From IMG/VR virus record IMGVR_UViG_3300045988_168611, positions 32,001 to 96,000 of that record: a stretch of DNA of 64,000 bases, one strand, 5' to 3'. Source of the stretch: a virus. The stretch's first letter is position 1, and each line of letters begins with the position of its first letter. The notes beneath the pieces are model-generated. The model was not told the DNA's origin. It ran no database searches and saw nothing but the letters and a program-made list of their open reading frames with translations. The position numbers and the translations under genes are program-made. Shown here piece after piece: positions 47,672-55,247 of this stretch.

Positions 47672-48460
47672 TCAACGCTCTTCGATCAACTGATTCACTC
47701 GGCGCTTTGCTTGGATGCGTGGAATGCACATCCATAGTCCGAGCGTGATGACAATGAGCGATGCGGCTGCTACAGCATCCAGTCTTCCGACATGGACGCT
47801 TGGTAGCAACAATGCTGTGGCGTTGAACAGCATGTGCATGCTGATGCACGCAAGGAGATTGTGCGTTCTCTCGTACAGATACCCGAGGGCAATACCTAGT
47901 GGGATTGTGAGGATGACCTGTATGAGATTTCCGTGCAGCATAGCGAACAGTAGTGCCGTGATCACGATTGTCGATGTCACCGATAGCTTTCGCCTGAGGA
48001 CCGGGTAGATGAACCCTCGCATGAGAGCTTCTTCACCGATTGGTGCGATGATGAGACTCATGATGACAATGGCGATAGCCGGTGTCGTCTCGCTGAGTTT
48101 CTGCATGGGTGATGGTTGATTCAACGATTGTTTGACCCACAGGGCAAGAACTGTTGAGCCGAGAGTCATCACGATGGTGATAACGGGCACCATGACGCAT
48201 TCCACGGTTGGGATGCGTTGCTTCTTGATCATTGGAGCTGCGCTGTTACGTCGTCTCCAGAAGATGACGCACGTTGCTGCAAATGCGTTGGTATAGGTGA
48301 CGGCGAATACCGGTCTTCCAACGATTGTGTAGGCGAGCGCCATGATTCCTGCGTATGCGAAGATGGACATAAAAGCCATGACTACGAGACCTGTTCGGCT
48401 CTCTCGGCTTTCTCGTGTACCATCCCACATCTCGTAGATGGCATTCTTTAGTGTGATCAT
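47672..48460 (-). CDS. CPBP-family intramembrane glutamic endopeptidase (CAAX/Abi-like)
   Basis: Multi-TM protein with the three family motifs: IAPIGEEALMRGFIY (EExxxR), ALLFAMLHGN (FxxxH) and SMHMLFNA (HxxxN). Its start overlaps the recJ stop (TAATG). Confidence 0.8.
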   Translation of the reverse strand: MITLKNAIYEMWDGTRESRESRTGLVVMAFMSIFAYAGIMALAYTIVGRPVFAVTYTNAFAATCVIFWRRRNSAAPMIKKQRIPTVECVMVPVITIVMTLGSTVLALWVKQSLNQPSPMQKLSETTPAIAIVIMSLIIAPIGEEALMRGFIYPVLRRKLSVTSTIVITALLFAMLHGNLIQVILTIPLGIALGYLYERTHNLLACISMHMLFNATALLLPSVHVGRLDAVAAASLIVITLGLWMCIPRIQAKRRVNQLIEER

Positions 48461-50352
48461 TACGCCCTTTCTTGTTCGTCTTGATGTTCTGGTTGCTCTA
48501 CCTCATGGTCGACGATTCCTTGCAGGGTGGTACGGCCTGCGAAGGTGTTGAGGCCCAACGCCACCCTGAGACGGCACACCATGTCTGCCCCGTCGACGCT
48601 GTTTTTCCGTTCAGTGAGATGGGGCGCGAGATCCGATCGGTTCCACCACAGCAACGCAACACCTTCAGGCGTGACGATTTTCAGGTGTTGCTTGTGGTCC
48701 CCCATCGTGTGGATCGAGCACATGGACAGGTTGATGACCACATCAACAGGTGGGGCTGGGAACCCGTGCCCGAATGGGGCGAGCTCTTTCACCTTGTCCA
48801 TGTATTGCGTGATCGCTCGAATCTCATCGAGTGGTGCGTCTGCATCTGGGGCTGTTCCCAACACGAGAGCTGCCGGATCGGAATGGATGAGCACGCCTGT
48901 CTGTGCGATGACAGCATCACGCTGCTGCGGCACAAGGGTGGCCAGTGCGTCATAGAGTTGCTGTGGTGAGCGTGCGCGTACACCACAAGCGAACTCGTGA
49001 CCTTGGGCACCGATGGTCGGATCTTGCAACGATGAGAGCTGCTCGATGACAGGGAACCATGTGGGGGATCGCATGGAACCCGAGCATGATCCGTCCGCGT
49101 GGATACGGACAACTGCAACAGGGTGTCCGTGCATGAGCATGAGGTTCTGAGCAATGAGTCCTAGCATGCCTGGTAGCGCATCCGTGGGGAACACGTACGG
49201 TGCCCATGGCTGATCCGTGTCCATGATGGAGTTGAGGATCTCACGGACCTGGTTCTTCCTCTGCACGTTGTACTCAACGAGACGTTGTGCCGCTTCTTGT
49301 TGTTCATCAAGAGTGTCAGCCGTGAAGACTGCGAACCCTGTTCGGTAGTCTCCGTCGACACGCCTGGTGGCGTTGAATGCCGGAGCCACTGAGAATCCAT
49401 AGAGCTGCTCGTCGACTCGATCGTGCGTTGTGCCTAGCTCTTGTAGGAGCAGGTACATGCCTTCGAATGCTCGCATGTAAACCGGATGGTGGTTCTGCGA
49501 GCGCAGCATGGCCAGTAGCGTGGGCGTTCGATCAATGTGGATCTCAACGTCATCGAACTCGTCTGGCTCTTCGTACTTGGACTTCACCTTCTTGTAGGTG
49601 GGTGCGGGCTCAGGGGTAGGAACGAGTAGTCTGGTGAACATGAGAGCTTCGCGCACGAGGTTCCTGTTCTCGTATACAAGACTCATCACGTCCGCTACGG
49701 TTCCGATGCCTGCGAAGACCTTGAGCCACGTGATAGCGGAGAGCTTGTCTGGGTGGTAGAGCGATGCGTATCGTTCCACCACTTGGTACGCCACGTGGGC
49801 ACCGCATATCTCCCTGTTGGGGTACGTCTCATCGATCCTGTTGGGGTTGACGAGGATATGTGCAAGCGACTTGCTCTCTTCGACGTGGTGATCGGTTACA
49901 AGCGTGATGAGACCGATGTTGTCTGCGTAGGCGAGAGCATCCCGGCTGTTGGTTCCAGCATCGCAGGTGATAACAGCTTCCGTGTTGGGGAACTGCTGCT
50001 TGACTGTGTGTATCACTGATGGCTGGATCTCGTGTCCAAGGTGGTAGTCGGGGACATGAAGATTGGTCGTGAGGCCGATCTCGTTGAGTCCTGCGTAGAG
50101 AATCATGCCCGCGCAGATACCGTCTGTATCGAAGTCTGGCACGACGGTGATCTCTTTGTCGGTTGATCGCAGGATTTCTAGTGCCATGACCATCTGATCG
50201 ATGTCCTTGAGCAAGGGATGCTGGGCATCGTTGATGCTCTTCAGGTACTGATCGGTCCACCCCATCCTCTCTCGGACACGGGTGAACAGTTCTAGGCCAC
50301 TGATCTCGAACATTGATTCATCGATGTCGAGAGGGGGTGATTGTGTCGCCAT
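48460..50352 (-). CDS. recJ: RecJ-like DHH-family ssDNA exonuclease
   Basis: VVPDFDTDGICAGMILY (DxDxDG), VITCDAGTNS and LVTDHHV (DHH), with a DHHA1-like downstream GHGFPAP. Confidence 0.85.
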   Translation of the reverse strand: MATQSPPLDIDESMFEISGLELFTRVRERMGWTDQYLKSINDAQHPLLKDIDQMVMALEILRSTDKEITVVPDFDTDGICAGMILYAGLNEIGLTTNLHVPDYHLGHEIQPSVIHTVKQQFPNTEAVITCDAGTNSRDALAYADNIGLITLVTDHHVEESKSLAHILVNPNRIDETYPNREICGAHVAYQVVERYASLYHPDKLSAITWLKVFAGIGTVADVMSLVYENRNLVREALMFTRLLVPTPEPAPTYKKVKSKYEEPDEFDDVEIHIDRTPTLLAMLRSQNHHPVYMRAFEGMYLLLQELGTTHDRVDEQLYGFSVAPAFNATRRVDGDYRTGFAVFTADTLDEQQEAAQRLVEYNVQRKNQVREILNSIMDTDQPWAPYVFPTDALPGMLGLIAQNLMLMHGHPVAVVRIHADGSCSGSMRSPTWFPVIEQLSSLQDPTIGAQGHEFACGVRARSPQQLYDALATLVPQQRDAVIAQTGVLIHSDPAALVLGTAPDADAPLDEIRAITQYMDKVKELAPFGHGFPAPPVDVVINLSMCSIHTMGDHKQHLKIVTPEGVALLWWNRSDLAPHLTERKNSVDGADMVCRLRVALGLNTFAGRTTLQGIVDHEVEQPEHQDEQERA

Positions 50353-50397
50353 GAGTAACGCCCCTTTCTTGGTTTGTATTTACTTCTTATGATGACG

Positions 50398-50439
50398 AAG
50401 CCCCGTAGCGGGTTAAGAACCACGCTACGGGGCTTTTTG
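50398..50439. terminator. Intergenic hairpin
   Basis: AAGCCCCGTAGCG pairs with CGCTACGGGGCTT around a 12-nt loop. The T-run is on the + strand only. Confidence 0.45.
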
Positions 50440-50458
50440 TGATCGTTAGATCAGAAGA

Positions 50459-51586
50459 TCAGCAGACGGTGCGGCCTTCAATGACCACGCAACCGGGACG
50501 GTCTGCCTGGCCGGGGCCGAAGTCAATGCGACCGTCAGAAGAACCCGAGCCAGAGTTGTTGGCCGGAGGTGCCGGAGCGGGCGCAGGCGGATTGTAGGCA
50601 GGCGGCGTGTAGGAGTTGCCACCAGAATACGAGGAGCCACCGGAGTAGCTGGAACCGTTGCTGTTGCCGCTACCGCCGTTGTCGTAGCCGTACGACGGCG
50701 CAGAGGTGTTGTTCTGGTTAGCTCCAGTGTCGCCAGACGCAGCAGGGGCACTGCCAGCCTTTGCCTCCTGGTAGGTGGTAATAGCCTCCTGTAGCGGTGC
50801 TACGGAAGCCGTCACCTCAGCAGCCTTCTGCTCAACGGTCTTCGCCTTCTCGATGGAGGCCACAGCCTCATCGTAGGTGGTCACCGTGATCGTGGTCGAC
50901 AGCTTGTGAGACTCGTCGTTCACAGCCTTGAGGGCATCATACGCAGCCTTCACGGATGCATCAGACTCCATGCTGGGGTCGGCCTCAACAGCGGCGATCT
51001 GCTCTGCCGCGCTCTGCTGCGCGCTTGCAAGGTTCGACTTCGCAGTGTCCATCAGCTCGTTGGCCTCATCGGTCGCCTTGGTCAGACGGTAGGCGTCGCG
51101 CACGTCGATGAACGACTGCGTCTGACCCTCGATGGCCTTGATGGCAGCGTCAATAGAGGTGGTGTCCTGATCCTTGGAGCACTGCTTGTTCTTCTTGTCG
51201 GTAGCAGCAGCGTTCACCTTGGCGTCCTCAGTCTCCTTGGCCTTCTTAGCAGCGTCGACGGCCTTGCTCAGGTCGTTGATCGCACTCTGGCCCTCAGAGG
51301 ACAGAGGGAAGCCGTCCGTGTGCGCGAGGCGGGTGCCTTCACCGGGCTTCAGGGATGCGTCGACAGTGGCGAGAGCATCCTTGGCGTCCTGGATCGCCTG
51401 ATCCAGCTGAGCGGTCTTGCCGGTGATGAGCTCCTGGTAAGACGTGCAGTCCTTCGCATTGTTGGAATGCGAGCCGAGGATTGCGACAGTGATGCCGGTG
51501 AGAGCGAGGATTACAGCGATCGCTGCGGCGATGATCTTGTTGCGGGTCGACCACGTACGGGGGTCGATGTTCTTGGTGGTAGTCAT
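50459..51586 (-). CDS. Membrane-anchored Ala-rich coiled-coil protein with G/S/Y/N- and Pro-rich C-terminus
   Basis: ATG at 51586 follows AAGGAG. The TM helix is IIAAAIAVILALTGITVAILG. The C-terminus carries SGGSSYSGGNSYTPPAYNPPAPAPAPP and ends CVVIEGRTVC. Confidence 0.65.
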   Translation of the reverse strand: MTTTKNIDPRTWSTRNKIIAAAIAVILALTGITVAILGSHSNNAKDCTSYQELITGKTAQLDQAIQDAKDALATVDASLKPGEGTRLAHTDGFPLSSEGQSAINDLSKAVDAAKKAKETEDAKVNAAATDKKNKQCSKDQDTTSIDAAIKAIEGQTQSFIDVRDAYRLTKATDEANELMDTAKSNLASAQQSAAEQIAAVEADPSMESDASVKAAYDALKAVNDESHKLSTTITVTTYDEAVASIEKAKTVEQKAAEVTASVAPLQEAITTYQEAKAGSAPAASGDTGANQNNTSAPSYGYDNGGSGNSNGSSYSGGSSYSGGNSYTPPAYNPPAPAPAPPANNSGSGSSDGRIDFGPGQADRPGCVVIEGRTVC

Positions 51587-51686
51587 TGTTGTTTCTCCTT
51601 GATTGATGGTGATGAATATGTGGTTCGGGTGTGGGGCGATTACCTTTTCCTTGGCCACATGGTCACCATCATCAAGGGTTGTTGAT

Positions 51687-52289
51687 TTAGGCGTCCTTGT
51701 TGGCCTCGGGATCTTGGTCTGCGAGGTGGACGTAGGTGGGCATCGCCACGACACGGATGTATGTGTCGGGGTCGATGTTGGACGGCGTCATTCGATATTC
51801 CGGTGGAAGCATCAACGCGATAAACGTGTCGTGAATGCGCTTACCGTCATTATCGCGGCGCAGGATCTCGTCTTGCACGCGAACGAGGATGTTGTTCTCG
51901 TCGGGCGGTAGCGAGATGTTGCCTTCTTCTGCGTTGATTGCTAGGTTCTCGGCAGCTGGGACGACGATCGTCGTCATGATGTCCTCGTTTTCGAGGACGT
52001 TCAGGATGCCCTCATCGTCAACGAGGCGGGTGTTGCGCCCGTTCTTCTTGAGCCACCCATTCAGGTAGGCATTGTTCGTGACGACATTGACCTCGACATG
52101 GGGGATGTCGATGAGAGTACTGATGTCGTTATCATTGCCGATTGGCTGCTTGGTGTCGCTTGCGACGTGTGGGAGAAGTGCAAGATTCATCTGCGCGATA
52201 GTCTCCGCTACGGTTTCCCCGAGCTGGAACACTTTGGTGGTGGGCTCGGTCGCAACAGCGATGGTAATCGTGTTGTTGGTGTCGGTCAT
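51687..52289 (-). CDS. Hypothetical protein (200 aa)
   Basis: ATG at 52289 follows AGGAG. The upstream part of the track ORF lacks an RBS and overlaps hairpins. Confidence 0.55.
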   Translation of the reverse strand: MTDTNNTITIAVATEPTTKVFQLGETVAETIAQMNLALLPHVASDTKQPIGNDNDISTLIDIPHVEVNVVTNNAYLNGWLKKNGRNTRLVDDEGILNVLENEDIMTTIVVPAAENLAINAEEGNISLPPDENNILVRVQDEILRRDNDGKRIHDTFIALMLPPEYRMTPSNIDPDTYIRVVAMPTYVHLADQDPEANKDA

Positions 52290-52880
52290 ATAGATGGCTC
52301 CTGTCTGTCGTTTTCTATGGTTCTTATCTGGCCATGTATTGGCCACGATAAGACTCTTCTCAACTGCTCGGCTCGCCAGCGGCGAGCTGATCTGTTGGGA
52401 CGAAATCATTGCAGGAATCATTTTTTGAAATGATTTCCATCTTTCGATGAAAAGCCCGGTGCCACCTGCGGTGGCACTCGATGTATCGGAGCATGTGGAA
52501 CAGACAGCCCGAGGCAGGGGTGGGTTGTTCCACATGCGATCCAGCGATTCTTATTGATCCGACTGATTATGCACTCGTGTTGAGACTTGTGAGAGTCTCA
52601 GTGGGATACGTTTGCGCCATGTCGGATGGGATCTGGCGTTTATTACTGCTTGCTGTTGCTCGTATGAGGTTGTTGAGACCTACCGTGTATTCTGTTTGTT
52701 ATGTACGGGTCGCATATTGCGTGCATATTTGGTTGCACACTAGATGTTAATAACCTTATGAGCAGTGTTGGTACGGGGTGCATCCACCCCTGTATTTCCA
52801 GTCACTGTATTTCCTGTGATGGAACCTGTGGTGACCGTAGTGACACTCGGTACAGCCTGTGGATGTACGGTTACCGAATC

Positions 52881-52959
52881 CTGTTGCTCTCTATTGTGTG
52901 TAACTCTTACGTTTTTGCGCGAAGCATCAAAAACGTAAGAGTTAGGTGACGAGCAACAG
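52881..52959. repeat. Long composite palindrome
   Basis: The outer arms are CTGTTGCTC (52881-52889) and GAGCAACAG (52951-52959). The inner perfect 17-bp arms are TAACTCTTACGTTTTTG (52901-52917) and CAAAAACGTAAGAGTTA (52928-52944). Confidence 0.8.
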
Positions 52960-53099
52960 GTGTTTCTTAGGGTCTGAGTGATGAGACCGTGAATCGTATA
53001 TGTTGATGAGGCAGGTGTGATTTTATCTTGTGCCTCCCTCAGCGACATATACGACCAAGGTGGTTTGTAGTCATCGACTTGTGAATCGTAGATTAGGGT

Positions 53100-53960
53100 C
53101 GATGATTTGTTTCCCATCGCCTTGGGACACGGGACTCATCGCGAAGACCCGATGGCACAGATGCATCAACAATGCGTCTGTGCCGTGTTTCAAGCGTCTG
53201 GAACAGACGCGCAGAGGGCACCCGAGACAGCCCCAGTGGGGCTGTGGAGGGCAAGCCTGTGAAGCGATAGCGAAACAGGCGCAGTAAGAGCCCCAAGGAG
53301 CAACGCGACGCAGGGGTGAGGGAGGGGTCGAAGCGGAGCGAGACCACGACCGAAGGGCTGTCGGCTATGCCGACCGAAGGAGTACGCGTAGCGTACGACT
53401 GAGCCAGCCCCTCTTATGCCCTTTTTTACCTGATCCACCGCCAGCGACCATTAGGGAGCGTAAGGTGGGCAAAGTGGCGTAACGAAGGGGAAAACAGGCG
53501 ATACCACCCCCGGTGGGACCACGGGTCGTTGAGGCGGTACCGCCTCCGAGACGTGGTACCACGGGTGCCTGTTTTCCCTGTTAAGACGGGGTTTAGGTGA
53601 GACCATGGTCCGAGCTTGCTTGGCACCGTGGTCTCACCATGCGGCACAGCCGCTGTAACAGGGTGACGAACCGAGCGAGCGCAGGTTTGGCACACTGCCC
53701 TGACCCCCGTCTTGCCGGGTCGTGAAACGGCCCGTCAGCGCCGTGAAGGAGCGCAGTGCAACTGGGCTCCGTTGACACTCTGTAAGGCCCTGAGACAGGC
53801 TGTTGTGGCACCGTATGGTGATATGGCAGCCTGGTTCAGGGCCGATTGTTTCTGTGCTCTTCAGACATTGAGACAGCAGCTGTTACGGCAGCTGCTGGTG
53901 AGTACACCAGATGGAGTTCCATCTGGTGTCTGAGTACCCTGTTTCAGTACCTGTTAGAAG
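53100..53960 (+). ncRNA. Candidate large structured non-coding RNA (family not recognised)
   Basis: There is no credible ORF. At least 12 local hairpins and nested long-range helices are present: 53154-53184, 53194-53210, 53486-53499 with 53567-53579 (enclosing 53531-53546), 53583-53591 with 53705-53713 (enclosing 53596-53638), 53874-53897 and 53904-53929. T-G/G-T pairs in stems are wobble-compatible only on the + strand. A possible promoter is TTGTAG (53065)-18 nt-TAGATT (53089). The boundaries are approximate. Confidence 0.5.
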
Positions 53961-54095
53961 AGCGCAGAAACATGTTGGCGAAGCCTCCATTAACAGTCCA
54001 CCGGATAACACGCCATTGGCTGATACACATGCATCTGAGCAGGTGAATCAGCCAATGTTTCAGAGCGTTTATATAGAGTTATTCGGTGGCATATT

Positions 54096-54530
54096 TCAGC
54101 CACATGTCACAGGGCTATAACAACGCTGTTTTCGAAGCAGTGGAGAGCCCTGTTACATGTGTGAATACCGTGTTGTTGCGTGGTTGTTGTATGGCTGCCT
54201 ATTCCCCATCTGAGACTATCTCTCTTTTCGAGCGTGTCTCAGATGGGGGTACAACAGATAAAACAGAACGTGAATCACCACATGTGACAGCCTTCGTATA
54301 AACGCTTGCGTAGCAACGTTGTAGATGTGGTGTGCAGCAGCTTTGTATTCGTTGTTTTGCCTAGAGGCTGAGAACCCATTTATCTGTGCCTCGTATCAAC
54401 GTCTTGAAACAGCCCAGTAACAGCGCTGTAGCGCTGTTGTAGCATGCGTCCGTATCACGGTTGTGACCATCGATCGATACAGCCTAAATAAACGTTGTGA
54501 TGCATGGTTATGCGTGTCTGTGACAGCCTT
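54096..54530. repeat. Dispersed repeat array ACAGCC-N(3-7)-TAA(A)C(A/G)
   Basis: Copies: CACAGGGCTATAACAACGCTG (54102), GACAGCCTTCGTATAAACGCTTG (54286), AACAGCCCAGTAACAGCGCTG (54408), TACAGCCTAAATAAACGTTGTG (54478) and GACAGCCTTTAGCC (54521). An inverted AGCGTTTATA lies at 54064. TGTAGC-type words occur at 54311-54330, 54426-54443 and 54618. Confidence 0.55.
54204..54249. repeat. CCCC(A)TCTGAGAC hairpin family member
   Basis: CCCCATCTGAGAC pairs with GTCTCAGATGGGG around a 19-nt loop. Confidence 0.6.
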
Positions 54531-54627
54531 TAGCCCCGGTTGATGACTGCCTGAATGCGCAGCTGCAACCGGGGCTGTGATGCAGCGTGGCTGCGTATCT
54601 GGCTGTGCTTAGACGTTTGTAGCTGGC

Positions 54628-54991
54628 GCAATGGTGACCAGATAATGGCCAATGAAAGACCAATAAGTGGTCAATGGTGACCAGTTTGGAGCCGGATAAG
54701 CGCCAGAGGATAGTAAGAGGCAGCAGCAGGTCTTTATCTGGTCCAATGATGGCCAGATAAAGGCGCTTTGTTGGCCGCTCTATGACCGGTGGTACCCTAT
54801 GGTCGTTATCGGGTTCTTTGTTGGCCTCATAACGGCCCATTATTAGACCATGTAAGAGCCAGGAGACAGCCCGGATCAATGATGGGTCAACAATGGGCGG
54901 AAGATGCGCCAGTGTATGGCGCAATGGTGACCATAGTGTGGCGCTTTCCGGGTCAGGAAAAGCCTAGTAGATGCTGGTGCAATGGTGGTCA
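54628..54991. repeat. Direct-repeat array (GC)AATGGTGACCA, often flanked by GGCGC/GCGCC
   Basis: Copies: GCAATGGTGACCAG (54628), TCAATGGTGACCAG (54671), CCAATGATGGCCAG (54743), TCAATGATGGGTCA (54876), GCAATGGTGACCAT (54920) and GCAATGGTGGTCAT (54978). Partial copies are ATAATGGCCAATG (54642) and ACAATGGGCGG (54889). Confidence 0.65.
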
Positions 54992-55043
54992 TGAAAGCGC
55001 CAGGTGGCTGCCAGCATCAACGCAGCATTGCCAGCGTCGAATG

Positions 55044-55083
55044 AAAAACCCCCGGACACAGGAGCCTGTGTCCGGGGGTTTGC
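55044..55083. terminator. Strong bidirectional terminator closing the non-coding island
   Basis: AACCCCCGGACACAGG pairs with CCTGTGTCCGGGGGTT around a 2-nt apex. There are A5 upstream and TTTG downstream; the T-run is better on the - strand. Confidence 0.7.
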
Positions 55084-55120
55084 GTGTTGCTGCTGTGGTC
55101 AACATGTATGTGGTTTCTGC

Positions 55121-55149
55121 TTCGGTTGAGGGACTGAATACGGTATAAT
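55121..55149 (+). promoter_or_regulatory. Candidate promoter of the GH16 gene
   Basis: A perfect -10 TATAAT lies at 55144-55149. The -35 is weak (TTCGGT, 17-nt spacing). It sits about 100 nt upstream of the ATG at 55248. Confidence 0.4.
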
Positions 55150-55247
55150 GCTGTGGGCCTACGCACACTGACTACCTGCTCAGTTTTAGTACGTAGAAGC
55201 CAATCGATCAAGATCAATGACAAGACCGAAAGAGAGGTGTGATCTCT

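Noticed and set aside
52740-53117. 125-aa minus-strand ORF in the non-coding island.
   Set aside because: The RBS is poor (AAGG with 2-nt spacing). The ORF is interrupted at DNA level by the 79-bp composite palindrome, and the translation is low-complexity Thr/Val/Asn sequence.
53100-53960. Known structured RNAs (RNase P, tmRNA, SRP, 6S, group II intron, tRNA cluster) as the identity of the structured region.
   Set aside because: None of the signature strings was found: GAGGAAAGTCC-type P4, the tRNA-like GGTTCGAATCC T-arm, a GTGYG 5' end with domain V, or the SRP GGAA tetraloop context. This is a by-eye check only, so the region is reported as an unclassified candidate.
54508-54924. 138-aa minus-strand ORF (and a 119-aa plus ORF at 54789-55148) over the CAATGGTGACCA array.
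   Set aside because: The reading frames exist only because of the repeat. There is no RBS, and the repeats occur at irregular phase, which is inconsistent with a coding repeat.
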